NCBI RefSeq assembly: GCF_000143415.4
Contig: NW_003314332.1
Coordinates: forward strand, 620,001-684,000
Source: Selaginella moellendorffii
Taxonomy: Eukaryota; Plantae; Lycopodiophyta
Direction: 5' to 3'
Length of the DNA: 64,000 nucleotides
Part shown: in pieces, positions 12,166 to 22,600 of the stretch
Numbering within the stretch: the stretch's first letter is position 1
Layout: each line of letters begins with the position of its first letter
Translations under genes and position numbers: made by a program
The notes under the pieces: generated by a model
The model's database searches: none
Told to the model about the DNA's origin: nothing
The model's input: only the letters and a program-made list of their open reading frames with translations

Positions 12166-13429
12166 GCCATGATCAATCAAAGCCTGAAGGTGGTTCCAGG
12201 TTTCTGATCCATCCATGGAGGAGCTTCAGTACGCCCAGCTCCAGTGAAAGAAACAGCCTGCTCCAAAGATCTGGGAGGACACAACAGCACAATGAAGCCT
12301 CTGCGAGTGTACATGCGGCTTTGCTTGAAAAGGATTTCAACATTCAACTACTGAATTTCCCAGCTGGAACTTCTCAGATCTTGTTATGGTGTCATTCAAG
12401 CAGCTCTTCTACAGCCTGAATAGCTTCGTCCAGGGAAGGGCTATGATGCATTTGGATAAATGGAAGTCAAAGGCTCAAGCATTTGCATTTTGTGCCAAAT
12501 AGTTTAATAGTTTAATAGTTTAGTTGAATAGTTAAATAAAGCTCATCAATCAAATATTTTAACAGTCTTCTAATATAACATTTAAATTTTATATGTATTT
12601 GAATTAATTTTCTTACAACTAATTGTCAAAGAATATACCTAAATATCCAGAAATATTTAAGTATATTCTAGCATCTTTTTCAATTGTAATATTCTTGAAA
12701 ACACAAATTTGAGTGTAAAACAAATGTAAAGGAAGATAGATTATAGTTTATTGTCATCTTAAGATATCACTCAATTGTCACCAATTTTCTTCATCAATTT
12801 AGGATAACTCAATTTTAACCACTATTGCATCATGTAACTGTCCAAAACTCTTGATTTAGAGTTAGAATTAATCTTTATTTAGGGTTTACAGATTATACAT
12901 TAAAGTACAAAATTAAAAGTATATAATTCTCAATTTTACCCTTTGATGGCCAATTACAATAGCTTCAACCATAATTATAGCTTGATTTCAGGGAATGCTG
13001 AGGTGGTTAAAGAAAAATATTAATTGACATGGACTTGTATTTAGATAAATCATAAACCTTGTATTTACAAGGAAAAAATATAACAAACCAAGTGTTTCTT
13101 TTCTTACTTCAATTTTATGAATCTTATATTAATTTAATTATATTTATATTCTTACCTTACTACTATAATAATTATGTATTGATTATATTTAGAAAACACA
13201 TCCTCATGATTTAATTTTATATGAGTAAAACATTCAAAATTTTCATGTTATATAAAAAGGATCAGGAATTAAATCTACAAAATTATCTTAACAAAACTTT
13301 AATTAAAAAATTGAACAAAATAAAATATTTACATCTAACTATAAACCCTTTCTCAAGGATATTTTTTAACTCATTAGTCTCCATGAGTGCAATAGTTCAT
13401 GAACAAGAAGAAATGCTATTACTATAAAG

Positions 13430-14160
13430 CATCCTTGGCAATTCTTCAAGTTAGAAACAAGGAAAATTACAAATTTATTGTTGTCCCTCTAAAAGACTGC
13501 TAGAATTTCAAACCGGTGTCGTAAAAAAAATACATACATACATTCTTCAAGTCTCAACTCTTGCAAATTACATCACCAAAATGGAAGTTTGTGCACAAAT
13601 AAACATCGTTGCAAGCTCTCCATCACACGGGAAACAAATCAGGAGAAGCTTTTAGCAAACAAGATGCAAAGTACTAACACAACAATTCATTTTTAATCGC
13701 ATATAAACATGAAATATATCTAAATAGATAGATAAACTTGGTAATCTTCCTTATTTCTAACTCGGAGAATAGCCTTGTCATTGCATTCAAACTCCTCTAA
13801 CAATAGCCTTACTTTCCTTCTGTATTTAAAAGGACTATATTATATTTTGTCGGCGAGCTCCCCAACGGTCTAGCGTGAGCTCCCCAATAATTAATAGCTC
13901 ATGACTTCCATATGGTCTTTCACAACCAATCCTCGACCTCGATAGTAATTATTATGCTTGCAAACTCTCAATCTTTGTCTCCACACAGCTAGGAAAGGGA
14001 GGGGCCAGAGTTTTCACCTTGATCCAGAACGCTCCTGTCAAACTGGTGTTTAGGAAACGGAAGAAAGAACAAGAAGCTCACCATGTGTGTTGTCCTGCTT
14101 CGTGGATCAAGTAAGATATTACTCAAATGCTTACTTATTTCCACATGTCTTGCGAGAGTG
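13430..14160 (-). pseudogene. Decayed duplicate of 52600-53700 (3' half and flank of the micro-exon gene)
   Basis: Colinear matches such as agagttttcaccttgatccagaacgctcctgtcaaactggtgtt vs 53503-53546, with a large deletion and a small inversion. Confidence 0.85.
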
Positions 14161-14179
14161 GCAAGAGGAGGGAAGTTTA

Positions 14180-15100
14180 TAAACGGTTTTGGACGGCTCA
14201 GGCTGGGTCTTGTCCACAAGCTCGTCACCAAGAAGATCAAGCTGGCCAACCAGAACTTGTTCGTAGCTCACACATCAGACACGACGCATTCGCTCCTGGT
14301 TTTGCATCTCCAACGAGTTGGGGAAGTCCGGGATCATTTATTTAAGTTGCTGTTGGTGGATGGAGTTCGTGGAGAAGCACAGCAAGTCTTGGACTGAAGA
14401 AGACGATAGACGGCTCTTAGAACGCGTTGCTCCAAAGAGTATCATGTTGTGTGCGTTGGAAGCTCTATACATTTGCGAGAAGCAGCAAATTGAAGCCTGG
14501 TATGACACCGACAAGGTAAAGGCTGCTTTGTTAAAAGAATTTATGCTGGATCCCTCCCAATCTTCCTCAGAAACTTAAAAATGGTGAAGAGCTCTGGACC
14601 AGCCGATAGGGGAAGGAGACATCAGCAAAGGTTTGGTTTCTACAAAGTTTCCTTGTTTCTGTTTTGATTTTGCTTCTCGTTGTTTTGTAGTTTAAAACTG
14701 CTCGGGGTTAAAGAACACTGCCCGTCTCTCACAGGAAGAGGCACGATTTTCTCTTATATCCAGGATCACTGGTCGACTGCTCATATACTGCTCATATGTA
14801 GACACACGGAAGGTACGGATCTTCTTCCCGCAAGAGCTCTAGAAGGAGTTTTATTCTCGTAGACATGTCTCCGCCACGCCGCAGGTGTTGAGCTCGACTA
14901 AGCGCAGTAGAGACAGGTTTCTTTCATTCTTTGGATCTTTTCTTATCCCCAATTTTCTTCTATTTTGTGTATCCAATGCTTATTCGCACAGAAGACAAGG
15001 TACAAACTCCTCAAATGAGTCTGATTGATGTCAGATCGCCACATCGTTATGCATCGGATCAAACAGCCGAGGCACCGATAAGCTCGCCTCAAGTTTTGGT
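14180..15100 (+). pseudogene. 5'-truncated TPR/Myb-like copy plus MTA fragments (unit 3)
   Basis: FGRLRLGLVHKLVTKKIKLANQNLFVAHTS, WTEEDDRRLLERV; 14580-14980 matches MTA exon1 end, intron1, exon2, intron3 and tgtatccaatgct of exon 6. Confidence 0.8.
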
Positions 15101-15517
15101 ACTGGCCAGTTTAATGTTAGCAGATCAATCAAAGCTCACTACGCCCAGGAGAAGCTCTATCTCCATCCAAATAAAGGACTTGCTGCTCCAAGAAGACGAC
15201 AGCCTTGTAACAACAGCCTTGTATGAGCCCTAGAAGAGACTCCCAGATCTTTCGGGAACTTGGAACCGATCTTTTGCTTGATCATCGTCGACCGGTTGAA
15301 ACAGAGAAATGCTCTTGCTGGGTCACTTCTCAGAAATCAATTCTCGTTCTTCTCCTTCCTCTTCCAACTGCAGGAGCTCCGAAACTTGTGCTGGATTTGG
15401 ACGTCCGCTACAGCGAAAGTGGTGAATAAAGCTCGACTCTAGAGAGATTCTAATTTTTAAAAGCACGCACGAATTTTTCCATTAGAGCCCTAAGTCTGCA
15501 TTTTCTCAGCTAGCGAG

Positions 15518-17286
15518 ATGTGGAGGTTGCTCGGTCTTGGAGCTGCGCTTTTCCTGCTAGGGAATCCATGGATGTGGCTGCCGTTTTCTTCCCGCGCACC
15601 AGGATCACCGCCACCACCGAGCGACGTCGACGTTTTCTCCCACGGTGCGTATCTCCACAAGAGGATAGTGGAGTCCCCTCTCTATTGGCTGGGCTTTGCT
15701 TCGTCTTTGGTCTCCCTCTTTGCAGCGGCTGCATTCTTACGGTTTTGTATCGTTGATCTCGGGGACGGATCCGGCACAGCGACAGTGAAAGGGTTTAGTC
15801 CCGTGCTTGTACTCATCTTTATGTGGATGGTCAGCACGGCTTCACTCGTGGAGAAATGGATCCTTGACGACAACGCTAGAGGCAGGTTGGCGGCATACAC
15901 ATGCGCTTTCTCTGGGATTTTCCTGCTGGCGTCCGCCATGCTCGTCGTGCCATACTTACAGGAGCGTGATAGGAGAGTGTGGACAGCCATTTACTCAGTG
16001 ACTACAGTTATGGCGTGGCCGTCATTTGCGCTTCTCCGGAAGTCCCCAGAATTCTACCGGGTCACTGCCACAGCTGTCACATACGGGATGGCTCAGGTGG
16101 CACCGCTTGCTGTTCGTGGGTATTACAAGCTTCCATTCCCATGGAAGACGTCTTTTGCTTATTATTCTCTTCTCTCCTTAGTTTCTTCGATTCTATGGGC
16201 GATCTACTCTGGAGTTGTGGAGAGATACATGGTACATATGGTTGGAGCTGCCCTGAGCATTGCTGTGAATGTTCTCTACCTCGCCTTCTACGTCGAGAAG
16301 ATGGTTGACTTTTTTTATTTGTTCCACGGTCTTTTGTTTTCTGCTCAAGCAGTTATATTTCGTATTTGGTAGTGAACTTTGTCCTTTAAATACATATATA
16401 TTAATAGAGTATATAGTTTTAGGTAAGTTCAGGTGATGGAGATCACAACAATGAGGCCGTTGTGGTGGTACTATTGTGTTGTTTCGTGCTTGGTGACTTT
16501 TGCATGCCATTTGTATTTCTACACGACCTATTTCACGCTTGCTTCTCCAAAATTAATTTCTGCTCGTTGCCCTCGCCCAAGCTGTCATTCTATTGATTGT
16601 TACCGCTGGAACTTCCACTATCTGAACAATTTTGAAGTTGGCGTCCAGTATTCTGCTATTAGATACTGGCATCTTGCATGCTTCACTGACACTTTATATG
16701 TTTTGCTGGCTCTTGGCTCTTTAACAGGAGGTAAAGCCCTTGAATTTTTTTATTTTATTTCCTTTCTTTAACTTTTCTTCATTCAGTTGTCATTGGAGTT
16801 CTTGCTTATTTCCATCATAAGTGGTGCATGCTGATCAGCTTTATCGTCGGAGCTATTAGTGCCACATTGATTCCTCTTGCACCACATTCCTCATTGTTCG
16901 TTGTATTGCAAGTTTTGTCAGCAATGGCACACTTTTGTGCGGGAATGACATCAATTTGCAGACTTGTTGAAGAGACTCCAGCACCTGGCTTCATTTATTT
17001 GAAAAGTCAGTACGTACCAGGTTATAAGCCCAATGAGAATTTTGATCTAGATGGGGATGAAGCTTGCACAATAATGTCAGTATTAGGTATCATACCACTT
17101 ACGGCATCCTGTTTCATCTCTTTGGTATACTTCCTCGTCCCAGCATATCGTTTTTATCCAGATTGGAAGTGGGGAAACAGGGTGGTAGCCTTGGTTGATG
17201 TTGTCTTGATACTAGTGCTTGTAGCAGAAATGATAGCACTAGCTATAGTTGATAAGTACATAATTAGAAGAGTTAATCATTCTTAG
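15518..17286 (+). CDS. Multi-pass membrane protein: divergent SWEET/MtN3-like 7TM N-terminal part plus extra TM region
   Basis: Three co-oriented hydrophobic ORFs (15518-16372, 16433-16771, 16828-17286) with plausible splice sites; QVAPLAV..LLSLVSSILWAIYS..VGAALSIAVNVLYLAFY resembles the second MtN3 repeat. Junction near 16300-16430 is uncertain. Confidence 0.5.
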
Positions 17287-17575
17287 TGCTTCGTTTTCAA
17301 AATAATAGATAAAATTACATTTTCTAGGCCTAATTATATGAAGAAAAAGTGTGCTTTTCAAGGAGATACAATTATATTTTTCAAATTTATATTTTTATAA
17401 TAAAGTTTATTCAACCACAACTCAAAAGTACGGTCATTAAAAAAAAAATTCAGTGATGTTCAAGTTTTTCATGTAGCAATTGATTAAATTTACTCAATTA
17501 ATATTGCAACTAAAACAGCCATTTAGTGGACTTCCATATTTCTTTATTGAATGGTAGATTTAAGGTTTGCCTAGC

Positions 17576-17594
17576 CACACACACACACACACAC

Positions 17595-17660
<66 letters not shown>

Positions 17661-17669
17661 GTGTGTGTG
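17576..17669. repeat. Palindromic compound microsatellite (CA)n-GA-(TA)n-TC-(TG)n
   Basis: Read directly from the sequence. Confidence 0.95.
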
Positions 17670-17806
17670 AGAGGTCCAAGTGTATGGCTATAATACCATA
17701 TACTAATATTAGCATAGTAGAATTTTGGTAGCCGTTAGATTAGTTTCAATTCAGACCATTTGCTTTTATATATAAGCTAAGGTGACTGCAGATGCTAGCA
17801 GCGTAG

Positions 17807-18934
17807 TGTAAGCGACTAAATTTTTCCATTCTACTTTAGTCACTTAACCACACCTTCGACCACTTGGAGGAGTCTCATTCACAACCTTCATAAGTCCCAT
17901 TCAGGACTTGGGGCTCGCTAGCCCCGAGAATGGCATCCATGCCACTCAACCTTTGCACTTGGTCCAAGTGCTCCACGTGTCCGATCCCATGACCGACACC
18001 CAAAGGTACCACTGACATCTCGGCCCGTTACGCTAAGGCCATGCCCATTCACCTTTGCTGCGCAAATGGTCCAATACCACTTGCATCACCATCCCGTCTC
18101 TCCAAGACTGGGCCATCTGTCTACGAGGGGTCATCTTAGATCCACTCCTTAGCATCCTTAGGATGCCCACAGACCTGGGGAATCGCCTTCCCCAAAGTCC
18201 CTTTGTCAGTTCCTACCAAGTCCCTTTCTGCCCCTGGCCGTGTTTGCCAACACTGCCACTGGATCGAGGCCCACAGGCCCGACCACTAAGTCCCACGGTC
18301 CTCTGGGACTTCCTCACCACACGACCGTGTCCTTGGTCACTACCCCAGAGGACTGCTCCTCTTCCTTTCCACAGTCTGGGCCTTTGGGACGACATTTCGG
18401 AACACCGTGGCCTTACGCGAGCCACCTGGGTACTCTCCCCACCTATCGCCTTTAGGTGCTCTAGCCATGGGCTTAGAGCGAGGTTCCGTTGAGCCACGCC
18501 TGGTATCCAAGTAGGTAGTGCCACCCACACTTGGACTGGGAGCATCGGCCAGTCGATCTCTCGGGGGAACTAGAGCCGGCTCTTGAACACTTCACCAAGC
18601 TACCCCGCTTGTCGGTCCGTATTCACTCTAGTCTTGGACTTCCCAGTGGTCAGTTCATCACCCAACACTGGGTCTGGCCTTCCTGGGCCAAACTGGCCTT
18701 TCCTGGCCAAACTGGCTCCACTGCAGTCCTCCCCCTACTATACTTTTGGAGCTCACCAAACCCCCCAGGGTCTGGGAGACGAACGCTTTGGGCTTTCACC
18801 CTCTCAGGCTCCGGACTCGGACTCGGACTCGGACTCGGACTCGGACTCGGACTCGGACTCGGATTCGGATTCGGACTCGGACTCGGGCTCGGGCTCGGTC
18901 TTGGCCTCGGCCTCGGTCTCGGTCTCGGTCCCGA

Positions 18935-18965
<31 letters not shown>

Positions 18966-19699
18966 TCCGGTCTCGGTCTCGACTTCGGACTCCATCTCGG
19001 ACTCCATCTCGGACTCCATCTCGGACTCCATCTCGGACTCCATCTCGGACTCCATCTCGGGTCCCTCTCGGGTCCATCTCGGACTCCATCTCGGGTCCAT
19101 CTCGGACTCCATTTCGGGTCTATCTCGGGTCCACCTCGGACTCCATCTCGGACTCCATCTCGGGTCCATCTCGGACTCCATCTTGGACTCCATCTCGGAC
19201 TCCATCTCGGGTCCATCTCGGACTCCATTTTGGGTCCATCTCGGGTCCACCTCGGACTCCATCTCGGACTCCATCTTGGGTCCATCTCGGACTCCACTTC
19301 GGACTCCAACTCGGGTCCATCTCGGGTCCACCTCGGACTCCAACTCGGACTCCATCTCGGACTCCATCTCGGACTCCATCTCGGACTCCATCTCGGACTC
19401 CACTTCGGACTCCAACTCGGGTCCATCTCGGGTCCACCTCGGACTCCACTTCAGACTCCATCTCGGACACTCCCACGTGTCATGTGTTGGTCCTTTTGGG
19501 TCCCTTTTTGGAGCCTCGCCTTTTGTTCGCTTCGTGCTCGTTCCTCGAGCACTTCGTTGGGAGTTCCACTCCCGCTCTTGACTTTTCAAGTCGGAGCTTT
19601 TGGTCCAAACGTGTTACGCTCGTTTGGCTCTCGCTTCGGCCACTACCATGTGGCGCCCTTCCAGCTCCACTTTGGGGCCTAGAGATTTTGTGTCTCACA
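17807..19699 (-). mobile_element. Solo LTR (~1.9 kb) related to the element A LTR, inserted antisense in gag
   Basis: Ends TGTAAG...CTCACA, 5-bp TSD CGTAG (17802-17806, 19700-19704); reverse-complement similarity to 24327-25513; gag reads through once the LTR is removed. Confidence 0.9.
18811..19470. repeat. CpG-rich minisatellite inside LTR: (ACTCGG)n, (TCTCGG)n, (ACTCCATCTCGG)n
   Basis: Direct tandem units; a related array on the opposite strand at 24405-24673 runs into a gap. Confidence 0.95.
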
Positions 19700-22600
19700 C
19701 GTAGAAGGTGCAGACCCTTCGGTAGGGTCTGAGGCAGGACCAAACAAGGTCGAACAGACCGAAGTGGAATTAGTCCCTCAAGCTGTTCCCAAGTACAAAC
19801 CAAAGCCCCCACTGGTCTTCAAGGAAGTGAACGACTATAAGGTGGTGGAGGATTGGTTTTACGATATGGAGGACTACTTTCGAGTGTTGCAGTTACCGAG
19901 CTCGGAGAAGGTCCCATGTGCAAAACCATACTTGGCAGATAATGCCAAGTTTTGGTAGAGAACGACAGAGGCCAATGAAGGATCGGTGGCCACTTGGGAA
20001 ATGATGAAGGTGAGGATTTGTGCGACATACGTTCCTTCGAATGCCATTTTGCACCTAAGGGATGAGATAAGTAGGCTAAAGCAGACCGGAACCATTCAAG
20101 AGTATGTGAATGGATTTATGGCGAAGAGGATACTGGTCATGGATATGGGGGATATGGATGCATTCCATGCCTTCATATCGGGCTTGCAAACCTAGGCTCG
20201 CGGCGAGGTGATGCGTTGGAACCTGACCAATTACAAAGAAGCGTTGGATGCGGCTATCAAAGTGCATTTCAACGATAACCTACGAAAGGGGAACACGACG
20301 GGGTCGGGGTCCACGTTTAGCAAAGGGGCCAAACCAAGGGGAACATATAGCAAAGGGAAATTCAAGAAGAGTTTCTCTAAGAATGAGTCCTCGGGGTTCC
20401 GGAAAGGCAAATCCGGTGGCCAGCGAGCAAGTACGTGGGGGAGTCAAACAAAAAGAGACAAACCCACGGATAAGAAGATCAAGTCGTTTAACAGCATGGG
20501 AAATAACGTATGCTACAACTGCGGTGAAGCAGGACACTTTTCGAGAGAATGTCCCTACCCGAAGAAGGCCAGAGCCAATATGGCTATTAAGTGGGGTGAA
20601 GTCTAAACTGAGACATAGTCCGGCAAGCCGGACTAATGGTGCAACGGCTGGGCGAACCAAGGACTATAGAGTTTGTTCAAGGTAGCCAAAGCACCGATGA
20701 AGTACTTTGACAAGCGAGAGTCGAAGTAAAGACTTGGAAAGTAGACATGGATTTCACCGTGTTGGACATGGCGGGATTTGACGTGATCTTTGGGATAGAT
20801 TGGTTCAATCGGTTCGTGGTAACCCTACATGGACAAGGTAGAAAGCTTGTGGTACTGGCGAATGCTCAAGGGAGAAAATCCGGGGTGGAGGCCCAGGATC
20901 TAAAGGTAGGGCAATGCAAGGCCAAAGATTCGTGCTTAAACCTGGTGTCCACAAGAGGACAACTCACTAAAGGGACCAAGGCTGCATTTTTATGCTTACT
21001 CTCGGTGAGAAGTGACAAAAAGACAGGAACAGAAGAAGTACCTTTAGTGATCCAGCGGGTGTTGGACCAATTCCAGGATACCATGCTGGAGGAGCTACTG
21101 GCGGGGTTGCCCCCTGCACGACCGATAGAACATAAGATTGAGTTGGTCAAAGGTGCTGAGGCGATGGTTCGTCCCCCTATCATTTGAACGAAAAAGAACT
21201 CGCGGAGCTCAAGTGCCAACTAAAGGAGTTGGTGGACAAAGGGTATGTTAGGTTGAGCAAGTTGCCGTATGGGGCGCTGGTGCTATTTGTGAAAAAGAAA
21301 GATGGGTTTATGTGCATGTGCATAAACTACCGGTTGCTCAACAAATATACAAAGAAGAACAAGTACCCTTTGCCAAGGATTGAGGACCTGTTTGATACGT
21401 TGGGAAAAGCAAAATACTTCTCGAGGATTGACCTAAGGTCAGGATACTACCAGATCAGGGTAGCAGAGGAAGATGTGGAGAAGACAACCTGTCGAACGAG
21501 ATATGGGAGCTTTGAGTTTCTGGTGATGCCCTTCAGGCTATGCAATGCACCAGCAACGTTTTCGGTATTGATGAACTATATCTTTGTACTTTATCTGGAT
21601 CACTTTGTGGTCATCTATATTGACGACATCCTAATCTATAGCGAAACGCTAGAGGAGCATGCCAAACACTTGACGAAGGTGTTTGAGAAACTAAGGGAAT
21701 ACTAGTTGTATGCTAAAGAAAGCAAATGTGACTTTGCTCAATAAGAGGTAAAGTTTCTCGGGCATGTGGTGGGCAAAGACGGGCTCAAGGTGGACCCTGA
21801 GAAGGTCCAAGTGATCCAGGATTGGGAGCGACCATTGAATGTACACGAGTTAAGGGCGTTTTTGGGGCTATGCAACTACTATCGAAAGTTTATCAAACAC
21901 TATTCGAGAATAGCCCTACCCTTAACGGACCAAATGGGAAAAGGGAAGATGGTATGGACAGCAGAATGCGAGGTGGCATTCGTCCACTTCAAGGGGAAGT
22001 TAAGGAAGGCTCCCGTGTTGGCGTTACCAGACTTTGGTAAGGACTTTGAGGTAGAAACAGATGCTTCAGACTTTGCGTTGGGCGTAGTTTTGAAGCAAGA
22101 CAACCATCCAGTAGCGTTCTTCTTGAAGAAGTTGGACAAGGCTCAACAGAAGTGGCCTACTCATGAGAAGGAATTGTTTGTGGTGGTCAAGGCGCTCAAG
22201 GAGTGGTGACACTACCTTGGGAGACACTTCAAGGTTTACACGGACAATGTGGCAACGAAACACTTCTTGTCACAGCCCGACCTGAGGGGAAAACAAGGTC
22301 GGTGGGCCAATGCCTTGGTCGAGTTTGATTGCGAGATTTTGTACAAGCCTGGGAAGAGCAACATCGTGGCAGATGTGCTAAGTCGAAAAGCGAGCTTGAA
22401 GTTAGCGATATCCAGCGCGACAGCAACCTTTTGGGATGATGTGTGGACCGCATACGAGAACGATGGTCTAGCACAAAAAGTGTTGCTGAGGAATCTAGAG
22501 GCACAGGAAGCTTACTAGAGAGGTGAGCTGCCAACGGAAGAGAAAACGGGCTATGTGGAACGCAACAGACTCATATATTACAAGCAAACAAGGGTGTATG

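Noticed and set aside
18811-19470. CRISPR-like array
   Set aside because: No unique spacers, eukaryotic context, no cas genes.
18531-19732. Long overlapping ORFs (GL, SD, RT/RS, WSPR repeats)
   Set aside because: Translations of the stop-free LTR minisatellite, not genes.
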